Below are positions 19,575 through 30,392 of a stretch of DNA of 64,000 nucleotides, one piece after another. The notes beneath the pieces are model-generated. The model did not search any database. It was not told the DNA's origin and saw only the letters and a list, made by a program, of their open reading frames with translations. The translations under genes and the position numbers were made by a program. The stretch covers positions 4,476-68,475 of IMG/VR virus record IMGVR_UViG_3300032053_000058; one strand, written 5' to 3'. This DNA is from a virus. Position 1 is the stretch's first letter. Each line of letters starts with the position of its first letter.

Positions 19575-20190
19575 CATGCAACTTTTACCTGTCGCACTTG
19601 AACGGATTGCGGCCAGTGAGTTCAAGCCTGAGCACATCGTCAGTGTCTTGAAGACATTGGAACTTGCTTTACGACACAATCCGGTTCCTGTGGCCGAAAT
19701 CACGTTGAACTACCAATCCGACGAGGATCAAGTCACCCAAGACGATTTGATTCCCGTCATCACCTTCTCGCTCCGACCTGCAAGGATTCCAAATGAAAAG
19801 ATGGTTCAAGAAAATGCTGCGCAGTCCGAAACGTATCTTCCAACAATCAAAGGTTGAATTGCCGGAAGTCGTTTTGTTGCACAGTCTGAAACGAGTCCGG
19901 CGGCAAGTTTCGTACTTCGATTGTCCATTAACTGTGTTGCACAAGTGGTCGTGCATCATCGTGACCGACAAGGGCAACTACGAAAACACAACGGTTGTTT
20001 GCGTAGACCGGGACCAACGAGACGATTCCGGTTGTGTCATTGTCACATTTACCCCAATGGAAGTCATTGGTTGTGGACATATCTTAGGCCAGATGGTCTA
20101 CGATGACACGGGTACTCTCGTTGCAAATCGGCCTCTGAGTATTTACGTGCGATCAGGAGATACACTCAACATAACTTACACGGTGAATGT

Positions 20191-20733
20191 ATGATTGAAT
20201 CGCACACTCTCACAGGCGGCAACCGAGTAAAACAGCGGGAGCGCGATGACTTTTATCGCACGCCTGCCTGCGCCACTTGCGCACTGTTGCAACGGGAGAC
20301 TTTCGAGGGAACAGTGTGGGAGTGTGCGTGCGGCGACGGCGCGATAAGCAAACTTCTACCGTTGAGTACGATTTCAACAGACTTGTTTGACCGTGGATTT
20401 GGCGAGATCGGAATTGACTTCCTCACCGAACGTCGGCAAGTCAACAACATTGTCACGAATCCGCCCTACAAGTTGGCACAACAATTTGTTGAACATGCGT
20501 TAGAGTGTGCCGACCGGAAAGTAGCGATGTTGCTCAAGTTGAATTTCCTTGAAAGCATCAAACGGTACAGATTCTTTCAGCAGACACCGTTGCGAGCAGT
20601 CTACGTCTTCTCAAAACGCCTGAGTTTTGATAAAGGTGTCAAGAAGAGTGGCGGAAGGGGACTTCTCGCCTATGCCTGGTACGTGTGGGAGCAAGGTTAC
20701 ACACAACGACCCCAAATTGAGTGGATTCGATGA
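20191..20733 (+). CDS. DNA adenine methyltransferase
   Basis: DFYRTP, WECACGDG, DFL, IVTNPPY, YAWYVW. Confidence 0.88.
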   Translation: MIESHTLTGGNRVKQRERDDFYRTPACATCALLQRETFEGTVWECACGDGAISKLLPLSTISTDLFDRGFGEIGIDFLTERRQVNNIVTNPPYKLAQQFVEHALECADRKVAMLLKLNFLESIKRYRFFQQTPLRAVYVFSKRLSFDKGVKKSGGRGLLAYAWYVWEQGYTQRPQIEWIR

Positions 20734-20999
20734 TTCTTTTCATCCTTAGTGTCATTGGTATGACACTCATTCTCACCGGCAGTGAGATCATGGAACCGAT
20801 CCATGTGTGGATCAAACCATGTACCTTCCTGTATAAACTGATGGAGTGCAACCAGTGCATGGGGTTCTGGTGCGGCTTGTTATTGGCTCCATTAGTCACA
20901 CTTAACCCACTCGGTATCTTTGCTTGCGGCTGCGCTGGAAGTTTTCTGGCTCAACTCGGCTGGTCGATCCTGGAATACTTGGAGAGTGACGATGTTTGA
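20730..20999 (+). CDS. DUF1360-like membrane protein
   Basis: L..C.QC.GFW.G motif flanked by TM helices. Confidence 0.55.
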   Translation: MILFILSVIGMTLILTGSEIMEPIHVWIKPCTFLYKLMECNQCMGFWCGLLLAPLVTLNPLGIFACGCAGSFLAQLGWSILEYLESDDV

Positions 21000-21827
21000 T
21001 GCCGAAGACACTGAGAAATTGGAAGGTTGGGTGACGGGGTTTGCGTGCTGCCGAGTATGTGCGCATACGTGGGTAGCAGTGGTTCCGGTTAATGGCGAAT
21101 TGTCCAATTTGGAATGTCCTGAGTGTCACAGTATGTCGGGAGAATTAACGGAATGACCATATTACTTGTTGCTCTCGCGTTTGTCTGTGGCTTTCTCATG
21201 GACCTAGTATGGACACTTTGCGTAGATGCCGTAACCCGCAAGAAACCATTGTTGGCCGCTAACATGAGTGCCCTCTTGTATCTCTGTACCATCGTCTCCA
21301 CCATCTTGATCGTCGAGAAATGCTTTGTCGCCGTGGCGGCATACATCATCGGCGGATGGATCGGCACCTATCTTGTCGTCAAACGGAGACGGAAATGAGT
21401 GAAACAATCTATTTGGTTGGTGCCGAGGATGTAAGAAGTGCTGGTCGCAGCATTGCCACTGCGGCCGATGGGATGAAACGCGCCGCTGACACCCTCGACG
21501 AATCTTTACGAAGTCACCAACGATTCTTGGACGATTGGTTGACTCGATTCCAAACTATACTGGCTGATTGGAGACCAGCATGAAAACTGTCAGTATCTTA
21601 GTTTACCGCGGCAAACACAACGATGAATACTACCTCGTTGATACACCCGAACAACTTGAAGCGGCTCAACGTCGGCTTTTCGAGCAATTGGACCAGTGGG
21701 GATGTTACGAGGATGAAGATACCGCCAAGGCTCGGGCAGGTGACATCCGCGCCATTCGTTGGTTGCTTGACCGACACAATGGCTATGAATACGAAGGTTG
21801 GGACATCATAGAGGCCGTTGATCCGCT

Positions 21828-22523
21828 ATGCGAATAAAATCCACCTTCCATGACTTCTACGATTGCGTGCAAGGTCAAGGACAAGACTTGTCCTTGCTCT
21901 ATCTCCGGCAACCGCGTGTAGTGCGACTACAAGAACCACTGTTTCCCTTCATCACGAAAATGCGTCATTGGCGACGAACCGACCTGATTCGCACTTGTTA
22001 CGTCATTGGCTTTTGCGGAAAGATTTATTCAGTTCTAGGTGTACAAAATCCTTCCGTCTATGCCACACCACGGCCGCTATGTTACACGCTTGACGAAGTA
22101 GATGCCTTTGTCCAAAGAACCTTTAAGGCAAAGTTGGCGGAACGATATTTCACTGACGCCCGGCGCAACTATTGGCGTGAAGCATGGCATTACACACGGC
22201 GCAGTACACTGGATGCCTTCTTCAACGAGAGTCTTGCGCACCGTGACAAGTACGAGTATATTTTCCGTGATAACCATTGTCCCATCTTTGTTTACCGTGA
22301 GACCCGCGACGAATACGTCCTTACTTACAATGGCTGTCTACGGGACGTGCAATTCTACCGTTGCATTGAACCTTTCACCGCCTTCCAGGAAGTCCAGATG
22401 TTCCTTGGCGGCATGGCGTTTCCCAATAAACCGATCCCCAAGGTTTCTGACAAGATCATGGCAGCGGCCAAAGGATTCGACAAGTGGAGTTTCCGCAAGG
22501 AACCAAAGAAATGCACACCCTAG
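21828..22523 (+). CDS. Hypothetical phage protein
   Basis: 231-aa ORF, MRIKS.F.DFYD...IGFCGK.Y...F......P.TAFQE...FL...GFDKWSFRK. Confidence 0.65.
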   Translation: MRIKSTFHDFYDCVQGQGQDLSLLYLRQPRVVRLQEPLFPFITKMRHWRRTDLIRTCYVIGFCGKIYSVLGVQNPSVYATPRPLCYTLDEVDAFVQRTFKAKLAERYFTDARRNYWREAWHYTRRSTLDAFFNESLAHRDKYEYIFRDNHCPIFVYRETRDEYVLTYNGCLRDVQFYRCIEPFTAFQEVQMFLGGMAFPNKPIPKVSDKIMAAAKGFDKWSFRKEPKKCTP

Positions 22524-23254
22524 TCAATGCTGACTGCCTCAAATATCTGTGTGGCAACTCTTGCGTTTGGACCACCCTGTTTGCGGACCCGCCTGACAAC
22601 CTCGGCTTGAATTACCACGGCTACAAAGATCGCCTCCCGGACGCTGACTATGTAACACTCCTACGACAGTGGCTTCACACCTTTGTTCTCTGCGCCAAGA
22701 CGGTCTGGTTCTCGTATAACGCCAAATGGACCTTTGAGGTCGGGAAGATCGTGACCGAGATGCTTGCCTGCAACCGTGGACTGGAAGCCAAGCCATGCGT
22801 CCAGACGTATACGTTTGGTCAACACAATCAGCACGACTTGGGAAACAACCACAGGCCGCTATTACGGCTCCGCTGGCCGGATGCTCCTTTGTTACCGGAT
22901 GCCATCCGCGTGCAATCCTGGCGGCAAGAACACGGGGACAAGCGGGCGGACCCGCGCGGACGGGTGCCCGGTGACTGGTTCGATTTCACGCGCGTCACTG
23001 GCAACAGCAAACAGCGCCGCCCTTGGCACCCGACTCAACTCAACGAGGGATTGATCGAGCGGTGCATCTTGCTCACGACCCCCGAAGGTGGGACAGTTTG
23101 TGACCCCTTTGCGGGCACCGGAACCACACTAAGAGTGTGTAAACGCATCAATCGACCATGTACCCTGATCGAACTTGATCCTCTTTATTGCGCCAAGATC
23201 GCCGAAGAGCACGGTCTACAAACCCTCAACCCTCATACCTGGACTCAACCATGA
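22511..23254 (+). CDS. DNA N4/N6 methyltransferase (beta class)
   Basis: ADCL, FADPPDN (DPPY variant), HPTQL...LIERCI, DPFAGTGTT, IELD..YC. Confidence 0.85.
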   Translation: MHTLVNADCLKYLCGNSCVWTTLFADPPDNLGLNYHGYKDRLPDADYVTLLRQWLHTFVLCAKTVWFSYNAKWTFEVGKIVTEMLACNRGLEAKPCVQTYTFGQHNQHDLGNNHRPLLRLRWPDAPLLPDAIRVQSWRQEHGDKRADPRGRVPGDWFDFTRVTGNSKQRRPWHPTQLNEGLIERCILLTTPEGGTVCDPFAGTGTTLRVCKRINRPCTLIELDPLYCAKIAEEHGLQTLNPHTWTQP

Positions 23255-23523
23255 TCTGTATGCGTTGTCAAGGCACTGGTTTCCTCAATCTGGACCAAGT
23301 TGATGAATTAACTCTGGTTGCTTTCGAGGCGTGGGGCGACCACAACATCATTCTATGCTGGGTCGCCGTCAATCCTGGCCACGATGTTCAAGTTTGTGAT
23401 TGTTGTGGCGACGGCGAGACTTGGCATGGGACGCCAGGTGAGCACCACCTGGAAGATGGGGAACCTTTCCCGGAGTGTTCTTGATTTTTGGTCCAATTGA
23501 TTCACTATGACGCTAAGGTAGGT

Positions 23524-23814
23524 ATGCTTCGCATTACAATCGAACTTGTCCCTCTCGGCGTTGAAGCCAACAAGAAGACTCTTGTTGTCGGCACCATCGT
23601 CAATGATGGAACGGGTACGCATACGACAGGTAACTATCGTGTGACGCTGCAAAATGCCGCTGGCCGAAAGTGGAAGGCGGGAACCATTGTTGATTTCCCG
23701 CGAACCCGCCTCTTGGCGTGGGACTTGCTCTATCGGTGTCTTGCGAAATTGGTTGGCAAACGAAACATCGACGTAAAGACGGTGCCATGTGAGAAAATTG
23801 ATTCTACTCTCTGA
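23524..23814 (+). CDS. Hypothetical phage protein
   Basis: MLRITIELVP.G...NDGTG....GNY...FPR....WDL. Confidence 0.6.
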   Translation: MLRITIELVPLGVEANKKTLVVGTIVNDGTGTHTTGNYRVTLQNAAGRKWKAGTIVDFPRTRLLAWDLLYRCLAKLVGKRNIDVKTVPCEKIDSTL

Positions 23815-24316
23815 TTGCATCATCGGTTGCACCGTACTGATCGCTTTACTAAGCATCAGTGGGTTGCTTTTCTACTTGGTCTTTCAACTGGTATCACTGC
23901 GGGGTATTCTGTGAACGCTGCCACTTTATCCAGTATCCTAGCGCGTCACGGTATCCACCGCAAATTCTGGCATGACTTCCGTTTGTTGGTGGTTCACGGA
24001 CGGCAACCGTCTGGTGAACTGCGAATACGGTTGAGACATATCGACAACTACAAGGCAGCCTTAGAAGAGGCACTTGCCGTCCCCAAGCAGTTTGAGTCCT
24101 TAGAACCCGGAGATGTCCAATGAATCCCGCTCTCGATTTCATGGGCCGCGAAATTACGGCCGGTAACGTCATCGCTTACCCCGTTCGTCGTGGCAGCAAG
24201 ATGTGGTTGAACAAGTTGAACGTTCAACACGTCGAAGACGACAAGATTGTAGGTTACAATAATTTGGGTCGCCGCATTACCATTACGAATTTGCGGAATG
24301 TTGTGGTGGTAGCCTG

Positions 24317-24508
24317 ATGCCACTATACGATCTACAATGTCGAGCCTGCGGACACGATTACGAAGACTTCCAACTGATGGATGCACTTCGACCGGTCAAA
24401 TGTCCCAAATGTGGCAAGAAGAAAGTCGTTCGTGTGCTGGTGAAACCTCCCGCCTTCCACGATAACTACAGTCCTATGCACCCACGAAAGAACCGGGGTC
24501 GAGGTTGA
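24317..24508 (+). CDS. FmdB-family zinc ribbon protein
   Basis: MPLYD.QC..CGH.YE...CPKCG. Confidence 0.85.
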   Translation: MPLYDLQCRACGHDYEDFQLMDALRPVKCPKCGKKKVVRVLVKPPAFHDNYSPMHPRKNRGRG

Positions 24509-25188
24509 TGCAAAGTCGAAGAAAACCACGTCGAAGTCTCTCACAACGATCAGAACTGATCTTCGACTTGCACAATTTCGGGATCAACCCTGACACACGA
24601 GAGATCGTGTTAATGAGCCGCCCTGAAAATGCGGAAGATGGCATTGATTGGACTTGTGCCAACACATTCATCAAGAATCTGCTCTTGTTGAACGCGATGA
24701 ACCATCAAGCGATACTCGTGCATCAATGCACTTGTGGCGGGGAGTGGAACTACGGCATGGCAATCTATGATGCCATTGCGGCCAGTCCCTCGCCTATAAC
24801 GGTGCTCGCCTATGCTCATGCAAGAAGCATGTCGAGTATCATTCCGCAAGCAGCAAAACGTCGGGTCATCATGCCGAACGCCGACTTCTTGATCCACTTT
24901 GGTACGGCGGGATACGAAGGTGACTCACGCAGTTTTGTTGCCGAGGGTCGGCAGATTGATAAGATGGATAGTGTGATGCTTGCCATCTACACTGCCAAAT
25001 GTATCCGAGGGTCGTTCTTTAAGCGCAACAAATACTCAAAGGATCGCGTAAAAGAATTTCTACGTCGGCGCATGAATGAAAACCGCGAGTGGTACATGCC
25101 CCCGACCGAGGCTGTTGACAAGGGATTCATGGACGGCGTATTCGGAACAACGGGATTCCGCACTCTTGAAGAGATCAAAGCAAGGTGA
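24508..25188 (+). CDS. clpP: ClpP-family protease subunit
   Basis: GG...GMAIYDAI, A.SMSSII.QA..R...PNA.FLIH, EA...G..D.V. Confidence 0.85.
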   Translation: MQSRRKPRRSLSQRSELIFDLHNFGINPDTREIVLMSRPENAEDGIDWTCANTFIKNLLLLNAMNHQAILVHQCTCGGEWNYGMAIYDAIAASPSPITVLAYAHARSMSSIIPQAAKRRVIMPNADFLIHFGTAGYEGDSRSFVAEGRQIDKMDSVMLAIYTAKCIRGSFFKRNKYSKDRVKEFLRRRMNENREWYMPPTEAVDKGFMDGVFGTTGFRTLEEIKAR

Positions 25189-25195
25189 AAGTGCG

Positions 25196-25921
25196 ATGAA
25201 CTTCAAGCGAGTCAAGGTCAAGGGACAAAGCCGGAAGTTACACCGGACATGGAAATCCGATGATCGGTGTTATCGCATTACTTGGCGACGAGAGTTCATG
25301 GGTGTATCATTGCCACCCCGTTTTCAAGCCTGCGTGCGAATCCATCTTCCCAATTGTGGTGAGATGTGGGACTTTGCGGGACGACGCAGCCCCTTCAAGA
25401 CTTTCAAGGCTGCAAGTGAAGCGTGCGAACACCATCGCCGACTCTGGTCGGCCATTGCCCAAGCCACGGGTGTTCGCCGTATCCAGGAACTTTGCGGCGG
25501 GAAAGTGCCTACAGGTTATCCGCTATGGATTCGCAAAGAAATGAACGCCAAAGTGCGGACCATCTTGGAAAACGCCAACAACCCGGAACAAAACAAATGC
25601 GAACACGACCAAGACGCCCCTACCGAAGTCTTATCGACTACGTTGAACACATTCAAGGATGGCGATATGCCTGTCTCCCTAAAAGACCCCAAGCGTGGCC
25701 GTGCCTTGCCTGCCACGGACGAGGATGGAACTACAAAGAGTCACCGCCGCCGCCAATCCTTGACTGTGAACGAATCCAATGCACCGTCTGCGGAGGCACC
25801 GGTGAAGGGACGAAGGCGGCAGTCATCGAAGCATACCGCACGGAAATCAGTCAGTACAGGAAAGAAAAGGAAGCCTACGAAATCCTCGTCAAAGCGCAGA
25901 AAACCGCAATCGCCAAATTAA
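25196..25921 (+). CDS. Hypothetical protein with basic low-complexity tail overlapping the next gene
   Basis: ATG 8 nt after the clpP stop; the last ~325 nt overlap another frame. Confidence 0.5.
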   Translation: MNFKRVKVKGQSRKLHRTWKSDDRCYRITWRREFMGVSLPPRFQACVRIHLPNCGEMWDFAGRRSPFKTFKAASEACEHHRRLWSAIAQATGVRRIQELCGGKVPTGYPLWIRKEMNAKVRTILENANNPEQNKCEHDQDAPTEVLSTTLNTFKDGDMPVSLKDPKRGRALPATDEDGTTKSHRRRQSLTVNESNAPSAEAPVKGRRRQSSKHTARKSVSTGKKRKPTKSSSKRRKPQSPN

Positions 25922-25962
25922 CCACGGGAGAATTGTTCGCAATCCGCGAACTGGGAATCTGA
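25597..25962 (+). CDS. DnaJ-type Zn-finger hypothetical protein
   Basis: CLACHGRG and CTVCGGTG motifs; TGATG coupling to the next ORF. Confidence 0.65.
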   Translation: MRTRPRRPYRSLIDYVEHIQGWRYACLPKRPQAWPCLACHGRGWNYKESPPPPILDCERIQCTVCGGTGEGTKAAVIEAYRTEISQYRKEKEAYEILVKAQKTAIAKLTTGELFAIRELGI

Positions 25963-26152
25963 TGGACGCCAAATTAGCACAGTTGCGTGACACCATTCGC
26001 CGCGAGGCGAAACACATTGGTCGGAAACCGTACTCACACAATATCGTGGGGTTGGCTTTGCAACAAATCGACCGTGAGTTCAGTACCACGGACGCCAATC
26101 AAGCCATACGTGACTTCAAGTTGGCGCGCAAAGGATTCAACGAGGTAGCAGA

Positions 26153-26788
26153 ATGAAGACTGTTCGCTGTGATCGTTGCAATGCAGAAATTCCGATTGTA
26201 CCTGGCCGCCGTGTAATTTGTTTGCACTGTGGAATAGACTTCGGCCATCCGCAACCAGCCCCACTCCATCAAAGCATGAGTGAATTTTGCCCTCGATGCG
26301 GGTGCCCACTCGAAACGGCGGCTGATCCTGGCCGCTTGTGTGAGGCATGTGGTTGGTTTGGAGATTGGCAAGAAGCGCTTCCCACGCCACCGCGACAACA
26401 AGACTTTAACTTGGTATTGGCCGTGTTGCAAAGTCTCGAATTGTTTCGAGAAGTGTGCCGCAAAGAACAACTTGCCGAAGTCTACTTTGACGCAGGACAA
26501 ATAAGTGAACATGATTTGCGACAAATCCGCAAAGGCGTCCAAGAGGCGCGTCAATCACTCGTTGCACTATTCACAGAACTTCGATGCCGCCTTCCTCGTG
26601 TCTTATTGGCCGAGAACGATATGGTGCCGTGGCCCGAAGATTGGACCGACCGGCATTTCAACGCGAGCAAAGACCCTTGTGACATGCTAATCGGTCACTG
26701 TTCCTGTGGCGCGTATCATTATGAGAAAGAAGGTTGGGTGCAAGCCGCCCTACAACGTCACGATGCAATCATCCTCAACCCCGAATGA
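26153..26788 (+). CDS. Multi-Zn-ribbon hypothetical protein
   Basis: Four CxxC motifs and C-terminal CSCG.YH. Confidence 0.6.
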   Translation: MKTVRCDRCNAEIPIVPGRRVICLHCGIDFGHPQPAPLHQSMSEFCPRCGCPLETAADPGRLCEACGWFGDWQEALPTPPRQQDFNLVLAVLQSLELFREVCRKEQLAEVYFDAGQISEHDLRQIRKGVQEARQSLVALFTELRCRLPRVLLAENDMVPWPEDWTDRHFNASKDPCDMLIGHCSCGAYHYEKEGWVQAALQRHDAIILNPE

Positions 26789-26947
26789 TGATTTGCTCCA
26801 TGTTTTGGAGCGAAACAACGCTGATCTGAGAGCCATACTTGCTCGAATGGAACGCGGTGAGTATAACCGTGCCATTCGAGAAGAGAGTCGCCGTGAACGG
26901 GCCTTTGGCCGCTATATCCTACAGGAAAACGACCGTGAGTAAATAAC

Positions 26948-27664
26948 ATGGCATCAAAGTTCTGTCCAATCTGTAACGCCGTCGTAACACCCGCACAGGA
27001 AGCCGACTACCGGCAGGGAATGATGTTATGTCGTTGTGGTTGGATCGGTCACGGGTCGCAAGCCCTCAAAGAACCAGCACTCCCGAATCCGCCGCCGAAG
27101 ATGTCCTATGTCTCGGTTGATATTGAGACAACGGGCCTGGACCCTGAAACATGCCAGGTACTTGAAGTCGGAGCCGTCTTCGAGGATTGGAAGTCACCTA
27201 TCAGCCAACTGCCAGCATTTCGGCAGATTCTCAAATATACCGAGTTGCGGGGTAATCCGTTTGCCCTCGCCTTGAACGCGGAGTTGCTGAAACAGATCGC
27301 CAACCCGCAACCGGAAGAAGCATTTTGTCAGCCCTGTGAGTTAGGTCAACGCTTAGCCAATTGGGTCCGCGCCTGCGGGCTTGACCCAATGAACCTGACT
27401 GCGGCTGGCAAAAACTTTGCTAGTTTCGACATGCAGTTTCTCAAGAGACTGCCACAGTTTGGCGAATCTGTGAAGTTTAAGCACCGTGTCATTGACCCCG
27501 CGATGTTGTACTGGCAATTCGACGATGAAAAGTTGCCGGACAGCAAAATGTGTTACCAACGTGCGGGACTTGATGACAGGGTTGCACACACTGCCGTCGA
27601 AGACTCACGGGCCGTCGTTCGTTTGATTCGCGCTCGCATCCACCTACTGAAAGGCGTATCGTGA
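26948..27664 (+). CDS. DEDDh 3'-5' exonuclease (oligoribonuclease/DnaQ-like) with N-terminal Zn ribbon
   Basis: VSVDIETTGLDP, AGKNFASFD..FL, HR.ID, H.A.ED. Confidence 0.88.
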   Translation: MASKFCPICNAVVTPAQEADYRQGMMLCRCGWIGHGSQALKEPALPNPPPKMSYVSVDIETTGLDPETCQVLEVGAVFEDWKSPISQLPAFRQILKYTELRGNPFALALNAELLKQIANPQPEEAFCQPCELGQRLANWVRACGLDPMNLTAAGKNFASFDMQFLKRLPQFGESVKFKHRVIDPAMLYWQFDDEKLPDSKMCYQRAGLDDRVAHTAVEDSRAVVRLIRARIHLLKGVS

Positions 27665-28335
27665 CCTTAATGGTCCCTACGAAAACTTGCATCCTTTTCA
27701 ACCGCCCGGTTGAACTTCACTCTCAACCTGCCACACAGCAGGATGAATGGGTGATTGAACAACTGCATGGCTACCGAAATGGATACTTCGTTGAAATCGG
27801 TGGGCACGATGGACAACACCATTCCAATACACTTGCCCTCGAAAAGCATTTCGGGTGGACAGGTCTGTTGGTGGAAGCCGACCCGACACTATGCGAATGG
27901 TCACGTTTCGCGCGACCAGATTGTATACATGACTGTGTAGCCGTGAGTGTGGTCGATAGTCACGCTTGGTTTTCATGCGGTGGCGCGTGGGGTGGCCTTC
28001 GTGCTTTCCTCCCCGAAGCATGGCAACGTGAGGCTAGGGATCGTAATACACCTGAGATTTGGGTGCCGACCACAACCTTACGGAACATTCTTGAACGGAA
28101 TCACGCACCCAAACTCATTGACTATCTCAGTCTGGACATTGAAGGTGCCGAAGTTTCTGTCTTGAATGAATACTTCAAGTCACCAACGCATCAATTTCGC
28201 TGTCTGACAGTTGAGTTTCGAGATAGCAATACCTTAATGCGGATTCGTCGCATCATGGAACCGCATGGCTACACACTTGAACTGATCCGAGCATGGGACG
28301 CTTTCTTCACCTTTAACCCACAGGCTAAACTATGA
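27661..28335 (+). CDS. FkbM-family methyltransferase
   Basis: SQ..QD, GYFVEIG.HDG..SNT..LE...GW.GLLVEA, IDYLSLDIEGAE. Confidence 0.9.
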   Translation: MTLMVPTKTCILFNRPVELHSQPATQQDEWVIEQLHGYRNGYFVEIGGHDGQHHSNTLALEKHFGWTGLLVEADPTLCEWSRFARPDCIHDCVAVSVVDSHAWFSCGGAWGGLRAFLPEAWQREARDRNTPEIWVPTTTLRNILERNHAPKLIDYLSLDIEGAEVSVLNEYFKSPTHQFRCLTVEFRDSNTLMRIRRIMEPHGYTLELIRAWDAFFTFNPQAKL

Positions 28336-28595
28336 TCGCTGCATTGGAAGCCCTTGTGCTTCTCTTTGTCCTGATCTTCGCCGTCCTGGTGTACCGATGG
28401 CTGATTCACAGTCCATCGTTTACGCGCTTGGTCGGCGGCGTGATCGCCCCTTCGCCGGAGACAGACCGCGAAGTGATTAACCGCCTTGATGACGCCGAAG
28501 CAATCGCTAAGCGCCGTGCCGAAGAGGCTGATCGTACAGCAATCAATCAGAAACGAACAGCCGAAACCATCCGTCGTCGAACCCGCAAATCCTAA
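28332..28595 (+). CDS. Single-TM hypothetical protein
   Basis: N-terminal hydrophobic helix and charged tail. Confidence 0.55.
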   Translation: MIAALEALVLLFVLIFAVLVYRWLIHSPSFTRLVGGVIAPSPETDREVINRLDDAEAIAKRRAEEADRTAINQKRTAETIRRRTRKS

Positions 28596-28608
28596 CATCG
28601 GAGAACCC

Positions 28609-29940
28609 ATGAACACAAGAGTCAAGGTTGTGGCAGCCGCTATCGCTGCCGTTCTCGTACTGATTGTTGCCTCCATTCTCTGGTTTGGCATGATCGGTTA
28701 CAACAGTACCCATGAATATCAAGTCTATCAGTCCGTCACCGGCAACGTCCAGATCATCGACAACTCGGGTTACTACTGGAAAGGCTTTGGCACCGTCTGG
28801 ACCTATCCTCGCGCCATCCAAGCCTACTACTCGCAACATCCCGACGAAGGCGGCGTGAAAGATTGGTCCGTGAAGGTCACTTTTAACGACGGCGGCACCG
28901 CCCAGATCAGCACCTTCGTCAAGGTTCAATTGCCTATCACCCATGATGAACGGTTGGCCTTGCATTGTGACTTCAATGCCAATCCGAAGAACATTCTGGA
29001 TGCCGTGCGAAGTCATCTGGTCAACTGCGTCAAGGCAAGTGGCCCTATGATGTCTGCGAGTGAAAACCAAGCAAGTCGCAAAGCAGAGTTCAACCAGATC
29101 GTTGAGGAACAACTGGTTGCCGGACTCTTCGAGATGCGGCGCACTGAGGTTGAACTATCCGACACGGCTCAAATGGAAACCACGGGTGTAACCCCGGACG
29201 GTAAACCAGTCATTCACGAGAAGAAAGCCCGCGTACAGGCAACTGAGATTGTCCGTGATGCGAAGACTGGCAAACCGATCATTGTTCAGGATTCACCCTT
29301 GGCTCGCTACAAGATTGCGATTCTGCAATTCTCCGTCACAGAGACTACCTACGACGATGTGACCTTGCAGCAATTCGCCGCCAAGAAGGAAAGTTACCTC
29401 GCCGCCGAACAGGCCAAAGCCAAGCGCCAAGAAGAATATCAGCAACGGCTCATGGTCACGGAAAAGGGTCTCCGGCAGGTCGCTGAAATCGAAGCCCAGA
29501 TGAACCAGGAAAAGAAGAAGGCCACCATCTCGGCCGAGCAAAAGCGTGAGGTTGCGACAATCGAAAAGGACCAAGCCGTCATCATTGCCGTGCAGAAGGT
29601 CGAAGTCGCAATCAAAACGAAGGTTGAAGCCGAGACGTTACGAGAGATCGCCAGTATCAAAGCGGCCACCGCCGAATTGGACAAGAAGGCCACGATCAGT
29701 GCGGCGGAAGCCAAGCAGAAGGAAATCGAACTAGGCGGCGGATTGGCCGAGAAAGATCGGATTCTTGCCACCATCAAGGCTGATCGAGACGCGAAGGTTG
29801 CGGTAGCCTTGGCCGGTGTCAAGACACCTGGCGTCGTGATTATTGGCGGCCAGGATGGCAAAGGTACGGGTCTCACCGAGACCCTGATGAATCTGTTGTT
29901 GCTCAAGGCAACCGGTGTGTTGCCCGAGCAACAGAAGTAG
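28609..29940 (+). CDS. SPFH/Band 7 (flotillin-like) membrane protein
   Basis: N-terminal TM, V.FNDGG.A, long Ala/Glu/Lys coiled coil; RBS GGAGAACCC-ATG. Confidence 0.8.
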   Translation: MNTRVKVVAAAIAAVLVLIVASILWFGMIGYNSTHEYQVYQSVTGNVQIIDNSGYYWKGFGTVWTYPRAIQAYYSQHPDEGGVKDWSVKVTFNDGGTAQISTFVKVQLPITHDERLALHCDFNANPKNILDAVRSHLVNCVKASGPMMSASENQASRKAEFNQIVEEQLVAGLFEMRRTEVELSDTAQMETTGVTPDGKPVIHEKKARVQATEIVRDAKTGKPIIVQDSPLARYKIAILQFSVTETTYDDVTLQQFAAKKESYLAAEQAKAKRQEEYQQRLMVTEKGLRQVAEIEAQMNQEKKKATISAEQKREVATIEKDQAVIIAVQKVEVAIKTKVEAETLREIASIKAATAELDKKATISAAEAKQKEIELGGGLAEKDRILATIKADRDAKVAVALAGVKTPGVVIIGGQDGKGTGLTETLMNLLLLKATGVLPEQQK

Positions 29941-29961
29941 CGTGAAGCACGTTTGTTCCCA

Positions 29962-29994
29962 GCCGCCCGGCATTTACGCCGGGCGGCACCTTTC
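29962..29994 (+). terminator. GC-rich hairpin, probable terminator or processing site
   Basis: GCCGCCCGGC-ATTTAC-GCCGGGCGGC followed by ACCTTTC (weak U tract). Confidence 0.55.
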
Positions 29995-30011
29995 ACAACT
30001 TTGGAGAACCC

Positions 30012-30329
30012 ATGAACGACACCATCCGCAAGATCGTTGAAAGCCTAGACATGCTGCGTAACACGCGCATCGAGGAAGTCAACATCCAACTGAAAGACCT
30101 GATCGACGCCTACCGCGAACGCCTCGACGAACAGAGTGCTCTGTTGTCCAGCGCAGCGCCCAATGCCGAGAGGTACACCACCTTACTCGACGACGTGACA
30201 GCAACCGTGGACCTGGTTCGCGTGCTCGTCAAGGCCGCCGACGATATGGACAAGTTGCAAGGCAGCGCCATTCGTGTGATGGACCGCGTTTACAAGAAGT
30301 TGCCCGCACGCAGCGAGCCGACCACCTAA
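30012..30329 (+). CDS. Helical/coiled-coil hypothetical protein
   Basis: RBS GGAGAACCC-ATG identical to that of the SPFH gene. Confidence 0.6.
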   Translation: MNDTIRKIVESLDMLRNTRIEEVNIQLKDLIDAYRERLDEQSALLSSAAPNAERYTTLLDDVTATVDLVRVLVKAADDMDKLQGSAIRVMDRVYKKLPARSEPTT

Positions 30330-30392
30330 GTCACTCGGCAAGAGTGCCTACAGCACTCCGCGTACTCCATGACTGCCAACATGGGTGCGTGT

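Noticed and set aside
23481-23526. Extra copy of the promoter module before 23524
   Set aside because: TTGATT and the candidate -10 boxes are not at 16-17 nt spacing.
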